A DNA stretch of 62,700 nucleotides from Candidatus Altiarchaeales archaeon WOR_SM1_SCG (GTDB taxonomy: Archaea; Altiarchaeota; Altiarchaeia; IMC4; WOR-SM1-SCG): the NCBI GenBank assembly GCA_001723845.1, contig MCBE01000110.1, positions 1-62,700 of the forward strand, in the 5' to 3' direction. The translations under genes were made by a program, and so were the position numbers. This document shows, piece by piece, positions 10,101 through 20,100 of the stretch. How positions within the stretch are numbered: the stretch's first letter is position 1; each line of letters begins with the position of its first letter. The notes under the pieces are model-generated. The model worked only from the letters and a program-made list of their open reading frames with translations, did not search any database and was not told the DNA's origin.

Positions 10101-10144
10101 TCGGTTACTTTTCGGTTACTTTTCGGTTACTTTTCGGTTACTTT
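10101..10144. repeat. 11-nt tandem repeat TCGGTTACTTT x4
   Basis: Read directly from the sequence. Lies between the R4 stop (10157) and the s3 start. Confidence 0.85.
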
Positions 10145-10156
10145 TTATTATTCATT

Positions 10157-11524
10157 TTATTTCATGGTGTATTTTGTTGCCCTTCCGACACCAATCTTTT
10201 TAAATATATCTCTTATGAAAAGTTCTTTTATATCAATATGAGCAGTCCTTGCGGACACTTCATTTAATTTCATATACTCTCTTTTGGTTATATTGCCCCT
10301 TTTCCGGGCATATTCTATCGCCCTTCTCTGCCGATCATTCAAATCTAAATCAAAAGATTCAAAATCCTTCGGGGAGAATATAGTCACTATTACACTTGCC
10401 CCCGTGTCTTCTATCTTTGGAAATGCGGGGTGTAATGGATGTGATTCTATTTCATCCATAATCCTGTCCCAGCCCTCGCCCACTTCTTCAACATATCTTA
10501 TTTTATTCAAAACTTTCATTAATACGGGATTTCTGTGAGAAGTTTCTTTTAGAATATTTTCGGGCGTGATTCCCGCAGGAAGGGGTCCGGGAGATTGATA
10601 TTCTATCCTGTCTTCAAAAATTTTGATGATCACCCGGGCGCCTGATGTAGTATAATCTCTGTGTGCAACGGCATTCACCAGAAGTTCCCTCAGAACAAAT
10701 GGGGGGTATTGGCTTATATCCTCCCTTGCTAGCTGACCTTCTTTTAAATAAGAATATGTATTGATATTTTTATTTATAAATTCATTGGTCTCATCTATTA
10801 TATCCAAAAGGCATCCCTGAAAATCCCTTATATCCTTGTGTTTGGTCCCGACTTTTTTAGACAGATATACCGCTATTGTAACTCGTGTATTCGGGAAAAA
10901 TTTTTGCGGGTCATTACCAAATAAGAGAACTCCCGCGTTTGTTGGCTTATTTTTATCGCCCGCTGATCTCAAACAATTCAAAGATTTTAGTAAATCTTCA
11001 GATGAAGTGTGGATTTTTCTTTTGATTATGAACTCGTATCTTTCCTTGAACCACTCTGCTTTTTCCCAATCAATATCCCCTAAATTTGCATCTTCACAAA
11101 TTTCAAAGTCCCAGTTCTTTTTTCTTTTATTCAAGATAATTCTTTCTAATTCTTCAGGTGGAATCACTATATTTTCAGCCCCGACTCTCTTGTAAGCAAT
11201 CCCGTTTAAATAGTAGAGTTTATTTAATCCCTCTTTTACCCGGACTTGTATAACCTTCTCCTTGCCCGTTCCAAGAACCGTGATTTCCGGACTTACTTCC
11301 GGCTTTATGTTCTGCCTGATTTTCTGTGATATTGACCTCAAAGTTGAGTCCGAAACCTCCTGCCCGACTACCTTCCCTTCATGGATCCCGAAATAAACGC
11401 TGCCTCCGCTGTGGTTCAAAAACCCACATACTGCCTTCAGACCCTTCTCTAACTGAGCCGTTGATTTCTTGAATTCTGCCTTCTCGGATTCACCGTATTT
11501 TAGTAATTCATTTATTTCATTCAT
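10157..11524 (-). CDS. COG2865-type putative regulator R4
   Basis: 455-aa ORF with the conserved N-terminus. The second half resembles R5: LRELLVNAVAHRDY...IKIFEDRIEYQSPG...VEEVGEGWDRI, then LNDRQRRAIEYARK. Confidence 0.8.
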   Translation of the reverse strand: MNEINELLKYGESEKAEFKKSTAQLEKGLKAVCGFLNHSGGSVYFGIHEGKVVGQEVSDSTLRSISQKIRQNIKPEVSPEITVLGTGKEKVIQVRVKEGLNKLYYLNGIAYKRVGAENIVIPPEELERIILNKRKKNWDFEICEDANLGDIDWEKAEWFKERYEFIIKRKIHTSSEDLLKSLNCLRSAGDKNKPTNAGVLLFGNDPQKFFPNTRVTIAVYLSKKVGTKHKDIRDFQGCLLDIIDETNEFINKNINTYSYLKEGQLAREDISQYPPFVLRELLVNAVAHRDYTTSGARVIIKIFEDRIEYQSPGPLPAGITPENILKETSHRNPVLMKVLNKIRYVEEVGEGWDRIMDEIESHPLHPAFPKIEDTGASVIVTIFSPKDFESFDLDLNDRQRRAIEYARKRGNITKREYMKLNEVSARTAHIDIKELFIRDIFKKIGVGRATKYTMK

Positions 11525-11967
11525 TCTTTTTTGAGGACATAATAAATATTAGGATTATGAGTTTGTAAGCCGAACCTGAACTCCAGATGGTGCTTTCCTG
11601 CCGAAAGAACCTTACCTGTCCCCGTTCCCGTTTCACTGCATTCGTAATTCCCGACGAAAATTGAATTATTAATTAATTCGTAATTTAAGGTTTCATTCCC
11701 GCACCTGACCCCAAGGAACATTAAATCTTTATTAAATTCGGTTCCGTTAACGGCGGTAATCCACAGGTCAGCGGTTCCGGTTGTGTTGAACATTACCGTC
11801 CAGTTGCCGCCGACCGCGGGGTAGGACTGGGGGTTAATTATCGTGATATTCGCATCCCCGCCGGGCGGGCTATCCGATGCAATCGGAAGAGCGCACGCTA
11901 ACGCTATGAAAAGCACGATTAGTCCGGTTCCGGACAACGCCTTATTTTGTTTTGGTTTTTGGTTCAT
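11521..11967 (-). CDS. Small exported protein s4 (148 aa from MNQKPKQNKALSG; the 201-aa track ORF is an upstream over-extension)
   Basis: Same domain as s1-s3. ATGA overlap with the R4 start (11521-11524). The proposed ATG (11967-11965) overlaps the R5 stop TGA (11966-11964) as ATGA. Confidence 0.6.
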   Translation of the reverse strand: MNQKPKQNKALSGTGLIVLFIALACALPIASDSPPGGDANITIINPQSYPAVGGNWTVMFNTTGTADLWITAVNGTEFNKDLMFLGVRCGNETLNYELINNSIFVGNYECSETGTGTGKVLSAGKHHLEFRFGLQTHNPNIYYVLKKE

Positions 11968-13382
11968 TGTTTTTGGTTTCTTGCCATTTTTTCTTGCCAT
12001 TTTTGGCGAGATAGCGTATAATATGTTTTCCTGCCAATACTCTTTTTTTGGATTAAGGCATAATCTATTAATCTCGTTAATTCCCGGTTTGCAGTTCTTG
12101 CAGGAACGTTCAGTAGTTTCTCGCATTCAGTACGGGTTATTGCGCCCGTATTCTGCAAGTACATAAGAACTTTCAACTGCTTCTCCGATAGTTTAACCTG
12201 CTCCATTACTTTCTTCTCAGATTCAAACTTCTCTTTCGTTGAGAATATCTTAACCTCTGTTGTGTAATCATCTGTTGTGATTTTTGGCTGTAATGGTTTG
12301 AGAGGATGCTGTTTATGCTCTTTAATTATCTTATCCCAACCCTCGCCAACTCCTTCAATATATCTAACCCTTGACAGCACGTCTGCTATGATTTCGTTTC
12401 TGGAATGCTGCTTACTGACAATGTTATCAGGGGTTATTCCCGGAAGTAATCCGCCGGGATTGTAATATTCTATTCTATCGTCAAACATCTTTATTATTAC
12501 TTTTGACCCCGTCACCATATAGTCCCTATGAGCAGCAGCATTAACCACCAGCTCTCTGATCGAAAACCACGGGTATTCCGGGATGTCTTGTCTTTCAACC
12601 TGATATGGGAGCAGGCGCCCCATCATCGTAATATGCCCTTTTATATATCTGTCGCATTCGTCTATTTGCCTGAATAGATTACCCTTAAATTCTTTATAAT
12701 CCATCCTTTCGATTCCGATTTCCTTGCCCCCGTATCTCGCAAGAGCGATATAAGCATTTCGGAAAAAATCCTGTGGAGTTTTGCCAAATAAAATAATCCC
12801 CGCATTAGTCGGCATATCCTCTTTTATGCACCCTAACGCCCCTAATAGATTGATATGGCTGCCAACAACCTCTTTCTCTGCATATTTTTCATACCTTAGT
12901 ACAAAAAATTCTCTTACGAAATTCATATCAATGTCGTTCAAACTCGCTTCCTCACAAATTTCAGAATCAAAATGCACTCCTTTTTTCTCTAATATGATTC
13001 TCTCCAGTTCATCGGGCGGGATTACCACGTTTTCGGTTCCAACCCGTTTATATGCAATTCCATCCAGATAGTAAAGTTTGTTCTTTCCTTCTTTTACCTC
13101 AACCTCAATAAACTTCATTCCTCCGGTATCCAAAACTTTAATTTCCGGGCTCATCTCAGGTTTTATCTTCTGCCTTATTTTCTGTGATATTGACCTCAAA
13201 GTGGAGTCCGAAACCTCCTGCCCGACTACCTTCCCTCCGTGGATTCCGAAATAAACGCTGCCTCCCCTGTGGTTCAAAAACCCACATACTGCCTTCAGAC
13301 CCTTCTCTAACTGAGCCGTTGATTTCTTGAATTCTACCTTCTCGGATTCGCTATATTTTAGTAATTCATTTATTTCATTCAT
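11964..13382 (-). CDS. COG2865-type putative regulator R5 (first gene of the array)
   Basis: 472-aa ORF with the conserved N-terminus. Motifs: IRELVVNAAAHRDY...IKMFDDRIEYYNPG...IEGVGEGWDKI, then LSEKQLKVLMYLQ wHTH. Confidence 0.8.
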   Translation of the reverse strand: MNEINELLKYSESEKVEFKKSTAQLEKGLKAVCGFLNHRGGSVYFGIHGGKVVGQEVSDSTLRSISQKIRQKIKPEMSPEIKVLDTGGMKFIEVEVKEGKNKLYYLDGIAYKRVGTENVVIPPDELERIILEKKGVHFDSEICEEASLNDIDMNFVREFFVLRYEKYAEKEVVGSHINLLGALGCIKEDMPTNAGIILFGKTPQDFFRNAYIALARYGGKEIGIERMDYKEFKGNLFRQIDECDRYIKGHITMMGRLLPYQVERQDIPEYPWFSIRELVVNAAAHRDYMVTGSKVIIKMFDDRIEYYNPGGLLPGITPDNIVSKQHSRNEIIADVLSRVRYIEGVGEGWDKIIKEHKQHPLKPLQPKITTDDYTTEVKIFSTKEKFESEKKVMEQVKLSEKQLKVLMYLQNTGAITRTECEKLLNVPARTANRELTRLIDYALIQKKSIGRKTYYTLSRQKWQEKMARNQKQ

Positions 13383-13516
13383 TCTTTTTTATTTTGTAAC
13401 AATTTTAACAAAATTTTAAATTTTTTGTTATTTTTGTTATTTTTGTGTTTTGCTGCCCATCAAAACCCCCGCAGCCCGGCTTTCCGGGTACGGGATAATT
13501 TTTTTTAAAATTTTTG

Positions 13517-13671
13517 ACACGCCCTCCTGTCCCATCATGCAGTTGAAAAGCGTACGGGGAGCTATAACGGCTATGAATGGCTGACTGCCGCATCCGAGGT
13601 ATAGACGCAGGCAGGTTGAATATGACAGCCATTTTTGCCTCTCAACTGCAAATTTTGGTGGAGGGTATGCC
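13517..13671 (-). ncRNA. Candidate structured RNA element L1 (long form of a repeated family), ~135 nt upstream of the R5 start
   Basis: GC-richer patch in an AT-rich spacer. Nested complementary pairs (plus-strand spelling): CCCTCC/GGAGGG, TGCAGTTG/CAACTGCA, AATGGCTG/CAGCCATT. Homologous to 25396-25557 with different but still complementary stems. The minus strand is preferred because the plus-strand A-C mismatch in the CTGCCGCATC/GACGCAGGCAG hairpin becomes G-U on the minus strand. Confidence 0.45.
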
Positions 13672-13688
13672 AATTTTTTTATGAAAAC

Positions 13689-13795
13689 CGCCTCTTTTTC
13701 CCAGATCCATCAAGGGAAAATATAACGGCAATTTAGATGCTTACACGGGGAAGTGTTTTGCAAGATTACCCTGATGGAATTTTTGGTAAGAGACG
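13689..13795 (-). ncRNA. Candidate structured RNA element S1 (short form)
   Basis: Outer stem CTCTT/AAGAG and inner stem CCATCA-GGG/CCC-TGATGG. Conserved GTCCCA-like, AATATAACGGC and TTTTTGGTA blocks. First of three tandem copies. Confidence 0.4.
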
Positions 13796-13828
13796 AATTT
13801 TTTGTTTTTTTGTTTTTTATGAGACACT

Positions 13829-13935
13829 CTGCCTCTTTGTCCCAAATCCATCAAAGGGAAATATAACGGCAAGTTGCTTGAAAACGGGTGAGTGATTTCA
13901 AGATTTACCCTGATGGAATTTTTGGTAAGAGACAG
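13829..13935 (-). ncRNA. Candidate structured RNA element S2
   Basis: Same architecture as S1: GCCTCTTTGTCCCAAATCCATCAAAGGGAAATATAACGGC...CCCTGATGGAATTTTTGGTAAGAGAC. Confidence 0.4.
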
Positions 13936-13961
13936 AATCGTCATCTTTTTTAAATTTAACC

Positions 13962-14068
13962 CTGCCTCCCTGTCCCAAATCCGCCAGGGGAAATATAACG
14001 GCTAAGTTGGTTTAAAATCACGGGGAGTGATTTACATTATCCTGATGGATTTTTTGGTAGGGGGAGGG
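13962..14068 (-). ncRNA. Candidate structured RNA element S3
   Basis: Same architecture, but the outer stem is changed on both sides (CTCCC/GGGAG instead of CTCTT/AAGAG), which is a compensatory change. Confidence 0.4.
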
Positions 14069-14156
14069 TTTTTGTTTTTTTGTTTGTTTTGTTTTTTGTT
14101 TTTTTTGTTTATTGTTTATTTTATTATTTTTATTTGATTGTGATTTTTTTTTATTT

Positions 14157-17100
14157 TCATGCAGCAATTGTATCGTTTCTCGGAATGTTTATCCAGTAAC
14201 CTTTCCCGGGCTTAATTTCCGAAAGGTCGCCGAACCAATCGCCGTAGGCGTAAGAGCGGTAATTCCACCGCCCTTCCCATGTTGCAAGATCAATGTATGT
14301 TAGTGTCAGGTTTTGAACAGGGAATGCACTTGTTGAAGGCCAGCCGATAAGATTCCAGCCGCGATATAATGTAATGTTAAATTCGTTTATTGTTTTCCCG
14401 CTGATTGTTAAGTTATCCGCTTCTTTCATATTCAGCCAGTAGCCCTTCTTCGGCTCAATTTCCGAAAGGTCGCCGAACCAGTCACCGTAGGCATAGGAGC
14501 GGTACTGCCACCGGTTATTCCATGCGGCAACATCAATGTATTTTCCTTGAATTGGCTCAAGGATTGAAAGGATTGAAGTGTCGTCCGGCTGGATTGGAAT
14601 TGAAATCAGGTTCCATCCCTTTTCAAGTTTCAAGGTGTAGTTAAGTTCTGTTGAGTTAATGCAGTCAATACATCCCGAAATTGCAATAACCGTTGACGAA
14701 CTAATGTTAAACTCGCAGTCAGGGCAGAGTTCGGGATGCTCCGGGTCAAGGTAGGAGAGGGTTACATTGTTTCTTGCCGTGCTTCCGACACCCGGGATTA
14801 CCTGCGCCCTGTACTTGATTGACACCTGCTGTCCCGGCGTTAAGAAGAGCCATTTTGAAAGATTCCAGAACAGTATCTCGCCCATGCCGTCGCCTGTCTG
14901 CTCACCTGTCACATTAAACAGGTCGCCGGAGTTACCGTCAAGAAGTTCGCCGTGAAAATGACTGCAGTTCCCGCCGTACTGCGCGGTGTAGTTTCCTGCT
15001 GCTTTATCAGTATAATCTCCGCAGACCGTCGGCTCAATTTTTAAGTCGCCGACATAAGCATAGCCGGGCACATATTTGATATAGGGGGGCATTGTGTCTG
15101 CAAGCGTTAAGGGTGCGATATTTGCACCCGCGGGATTGTTCCAGATTACAACCATGTAGTCAATGTATTCAAAGAATGTGGGTGAATTTGTTGAAGCATA
15201 CTTGTAAAGTTCCGCATCCGCGATATATCCTCTCATTTCAAAAGATGTGCTGTTCGGTCCTACCTGGCTGCCGTTGCCTGTAACTCCCGAAACATTCACG
15301 GTGTTGTTGAATGTCGTGTTCTGGACATTACACTTGACATGAACCCTGAATGTAAGTATTCTCGTGGTCTTGGGAGGTATCACGACCAGTGCTTCAGTAT
15401 TGGTATCTGTAAAGTTGGTATTTGTCCAGTTCCAGGTAAGGTTTAACTGCCCCGTATCATTTGAGCCGCACTCGAATTCCCTGATTCCCGTCCAGTTGGG
15501 GTCGCTTATTTTCCTGCCGTCAAGTTTTGCAGTCCCGTCTGTGTAATTAAAGCCCCTTGGTAAAAATTCCGTGATCGTGATATTGTAAACGGTTGCATAA
15601 GTCGGGTTTTCAATGATTATCGTAATTAATGGCTCTGAACCCGGCTCAACATCATGCTGGCTTACATCCTTGACTATTTCAAGAGCGGGCTTATAGACCG
15701 TAATTGATATACAGTACTCGTCCGTGTATCCTGTATTTGTGTTATCGTAGCCCGTAATATTTGCACAATTTTCATTGATTCCTCCCGATGCGTTGTCGGT
15801 AACAATTGCCGTGTATTTTATTGTTTTCTTTTCACCTGCGTTTAAGGTAATGTTTCCGAAAATTATGATGTTATTTGTTGAACTTCCGGCTGAACTTTGT
15901 TCCGATTCATTCATCCCTGTGATGCTTTGCGTTACTTCTAAAAACTCCCATCCGGGACTCATTGTATCATTGACGGTTACATTGTAAAGAGTTGATTCGC
16001 CGTCGTTTTCAAATATTAAAGTAAATTCTACGATGCTTCCCGGCTCTGCTGTTGTGATGCTTGAGAGTTTTTCTATGCCGACCCCGGGTTTTAAGACGGC
16101 AACACATTTCCCGGCGTATTTTTTAATAATTGAATTATTCATCATATCGGTTGCATTGTATGACGCAATATCACAGCCGCGAATATCGGCACCCGAAGAA
16201 ACCGAAGTATTGAAATATAAAATTAATTCTTCTCCCGGTGAAAGTGTGATTACGGCATCGGGGGTAAATTCAACCGAACCCATTGTAGAATTAACGGTAA
16301 AATTATAATCAACTGTACTTCCGCCGGTACGGGTTAATACACCGGTCCCGTTTGAAGTGACAGTATGCCCGTCCTGCACATCATCGGTAATCCCGTGAAT
16401 TTTCGCATCCGCCTTTGCAGAATTCGGATTTGTAATTCGTATCTCATAATTCACGATATCGCCGGGGCTTGCAGTAGATATGTCTGAAAATTTCTCTATG
16501 TCAAGATAAGGATGGTTGATAATAACGCATTCCCTGTCAAAGTCGGATGATGCGTTTTCGTTATCGTAGTAGTGACCCAATGCCCACGCCTCGTCGCATC
16601 CTGATTCAGAATTTGCTCCTGCCGTCATATTGAATTTAATTGTAATTCCTCCGTAGGATGCAAGATTCCCGTTTATGATTGTGTTTTCATTGCTTATGGT
16701 TGATAAATCAAAGTAAAGTGCAATTTCATCTATTCCCATGCGGTTTACCGTTGCATTCGTGATGTTAATTGTCCCGAGAGGTATGAGCCATTCCTTAAAG
16801 CCGTTGCTTCTCAATTCATAGACGCCTGCTTCCCAGTTTTCCGGATAGAAACCGGTCTGGTTGAATTCATAAACCGAAACATTATATGCAAGTGCTTCGG
16901 AAGGATTGAAAACAGAGATTTCATAGCCCAGGATGTCACCGGGCTGTGCTTCCGAAATGTTAACATGCTTTCTTACCTGTACCGCGGGGTGATAAACGGT
17001 AATACTCCAGGCATCCGTTGCATTAACAAGAGAGCATCCCGCAAAATCCCTTGCCGCTGCCGTAACAAGGTTTACGCCCGGAGGTGTTGTTGTGTTTGCG

Positions 17101-20100
17101 GTTGCTTGTGCAGTGCATTTAATTGTTATGCTGCTGTTCTTTTCAAGCGATGACAGGTTCCATGTTACCGTGTTTGTTACGCTGTCGTTATCTCCTTCCG
17201 GAGAACTGCTGATGTATGTAAAGCCCTGCTGGAATATGTCCGTGACAATAACATTGTACGCGTCTGCCTGACCCGGATTACTGATAATAATTGCATAATT
17301 AATCAGATCACCGACTTCTGCTTTTGTAACATTTGCATATTTCGTCACTTCAATGAACGGGTGAACTATTAATACCTCAACGGAGTCGGGAATTGAAACG
17401 ATATTTTCCAGCCCGTTAGAAGCGCTTGCATAAACCTCGTCTATTCCCATGTTTATTTCGCAGTTTCCTGTCTGTGTTGTTAAATTAAAATCAAGAATTA
17501 CGGAACTTCCGGGAGTTAAATTTGTATTTAAATTTGTTGAATTCCAGAATAATGTATTTCCGCTTTCCTCCGGGTCGTTAATTCCCGAGCCGTTAAATAC
17601 CGATGAGCCGCTTACATAACTCATTCCCGTTAATGTGTCGGTAACGGTGATGTTGTACGCTGTTCCCGTTCCGGTGTTTTCAATTGAGACATGATATGTC
17701 ATTGTTTCTCCCGGCTCCATTGAACCGGAATCAGCCCACTTGTGAACTTCCAGTTTTGGTATGCCGACGGCAAAACTTGCAAAATCCGTATCCGTAATTT
17801 CCGGCTCGCACGGTCCATTCCCGGAAGCAACGACCTTATTGATGTTCGTGCCTTCAAATGCGTCTTCGGTGATGTTTGCCCTTATGTAAAATATTTTGTA
17901 TGAATTGCCGCTGATGTTTCCTGCCGAGAAATTTACTGACTGCCCTGCGTATGGCGTTCCTGTCGTGCTTGTCGTTACCTCATTCCCGGAAGCATTCGTG
18001 CAGTTTATGAATTCCAGCCCTATTGAAAGGGTATCGTTCACCGTGACATCGTATATCGTTGTATTGCCCCTGCTGCTCACATTAATAATAAATTCAATTA
18101 TGTCTCCCGGCTCGTACCTTAATGCGCCTGCGATATTCTTTGAAACATCAAGTATTACATCAGATACTATGTCTGTTGAAGCATAAGATGATGCGTTCAA
18201 AATTGTCCCGTTTGAATCGTAAGCGTAAGCATCAATATAATTGTAATATTCACCGAAACATTCAAGTCCGGGGACAGAAACATCATACCTGAACCTACAT
18301 ACCGCTCCTGCAGATAGGTTCCCGGTTACTATGAAATGACTCCCGTTGTGCGTAACATTACATGTAGAATTTGTTAAATTTATTATATTATTTTCATATT
18401 CCCACCCGCCGGGCAGGGTATCGTTTAAAGTGATATTGTAAAGTGTCCCGTCTCCCGAATTACCCAGGATAATTTCATAAGTTACATTATTCCCCGGGTA
18501 AGATAATGAATCAATTGACATTTTATCAACCGTTAATATTCCCCTCCATATCGGGCAGACCTCCCATATATCCTGTAGATACGGCTTTTGTGTCCCGTCG
18601 CCGTCATGGTAATTAACTGTAACGATATTTATGCCGCATTTCGCATCGGATGTTACGGAAGTGTTGTAAATTAATGTTACGCTCTTTGTCGGAGGAATAT
18701 AAGGTATCGTGTAATTCCAGTAAATTGTTGAGCCGGCAGGCGGGTTTGTTTCATTCAGGGTTTCGTTTATTGTAATATTCATTACCGTTCCGTTCCAGAA
18801 TGTCAGCGTGCCGTTACTTATTAACCTGAAGCCGTGCTGGAGGTCATCCGAAATTGTGATATCATAAGCGGTTGCAAGGCTCGGGTTATGGATAGTTATG
18901 GTATATTCAACAATATCTCCCGGCTCTGCATCCGTTGCATTCCCTGTTTTTGTTAAAGTCAACTCAGGGTGATGAACTTCCACCTGCGCGTAATCACATA
19001 TATGTCCGCCTCCTTCAGGGATTAATCCCCACGGCGGCTCTGCGGGGTTATCAGTCCCGTTTGTGCATGCCCAGTTTGTATTTATCAAGGGTGTTGCGTT
19101 TGACATCACATGAACCGTGAATTTTATTGTAATATTTTCTCCCGGCTCAAGCACATTGGTAAAATTAGTAGGCACAAGAAACTTACTATATCCGGAATGC
19201 CACATCTCGCTGTACCAGTCAATGTTCCAGGTTATGTTCTGCCCGACGCTTACAGTTCTCCCGACGGAAACATTGCCCTCCCCGATAAGTATGTCATTAC
19301 CTGAGTAATTGACAATATATGATTTATTCGCATACCTGAACCAGGGGGGAAGCGTATCGTTAAGAGTTACATTGTACGCATGCGCATGCGATGGATTTTC
19401 AATAATTATAGTAAAATTAAATTCATCTCCCGGCTCTGCGGTTATCAATTCCTGCCAGTCCCCGACATATTTTTCTATTGTTAAATTCGGATGCACGACA
19501 GGAATCTCGGGAGTGGTGTAACTCAGACATGAAGTTTCACCAACCAATGCATCTGCACAGACATTTGCGGTATTATTTTCAACAAAACTTGCATTGGAAT
19601 GAACATAGAGCGTGAAGTTAATCTGCCAGTATTCTCCCGGCTCCAGAGTTCCATCTGTTATGTTCCAGTAATATATCCTTCCGATTGAATAATTCGTCAC
19701 CGAACCATTTGAAGTTGTATAATTTGTCCAGGCAATAAGCGTCGTATTTATCGGCATTTCATCCCATACCGTAAGATTGTAAAATGTTACATTGCCAGTA
19801 TTGGTTACAAGTATGCTGTAATCCGCGTAATCTCCCGGTTCAAGAGGACCCCCGGGATAGCCGCTGCCGTTTTCATAGTTTCTCGTCATGTTGGTAATAG
19901 TTTTTGTTATGTTCATCCCGGGAAGCGAGGGATAGAATTGAATCACAAAAACGGGAGTTGCAAAAGGAAATATTTCCTCGGAAAAATAAACGCCGTGCAT
20001 GAATCCGTAATTCAAGTCCTCAATTGTCCAGTTTGATGCCGTGCCGTTGAACATGTCTATTGCCTGCACCTCAATTTCAAGAAGCCAGTTCGTCATATTC

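Larger units (their letters stand above)
3560..13382 (-). repeat. Direct-repeat gene array, period ~2.0-2.1 kb. Near-identical ~0.7 kb cores lie at ~5195-5890, ~7335-8030 and ~11271-11967, with partial copies at ~13141-13382, 9551-10024 and ~3600-4005
   Basis: Long stretches are identical by eye between the listed intervals (e.g. ccaagaaccgtgatttccgggctta... through the small-ORF start). The translated products are near-identical. Confidence 0.8.

Noticed and set aside
4045-10144. Short 10-12 nt tandem repeats as mini-CRISPR arrays or as replication-origin repeats
   Set aside because: The units are contiguous with no spacers, occur in only 3-4 copies and partly lie inside coding sequence. 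No origin-associated gene (cdc6/orc1) is adjacent. They are kept only as candidate operator or slippage tracts.
11968-12126. N-terminal 53 codons of the 201-aa track ORF (11521..12126)
   Set aside because: This part overlaps the 3' end of regulator R5 in another frame and has no counterpart in s1-s3. The Met at 11967 gives the same 148-aa length as the paralogues and an ATGA overlap with the R5 stop.
1-13382. Diversity-generating retroelement or invertible shufflon as an explanation for the repeated adhesin 5' ends
   Set aside because: No reverse transcriptase, recombinase or integrase ORF, and no inverted repeats, were seen. All copies are direct repeats, so only unequal recombination or gene conversion is plausible.
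13405-13944. Minus-strand ORFs of 67-78 aa (13405..13632, 13437..13673, 13741..13944)
   Set aside because: They overlap the repeated RNA-like elements. Their translations are not conserved between the repeat copies in any one frame, so conservation lies at the nucleotide/structure level.
13689-14068. Possible CRISPR array (three ~107-nt repeats separated by ~30-nt spacers)
   Set aside because: The repeat units are far longer than CRISPR repeats and differ from one another. The 'spacers' are low-complexity T-runs. No cas genes are present.

I also considered C/D-box sRNAs, because of CTGATGG, but the canonical RUGAUGA ... CUGA box arrangement is not present.
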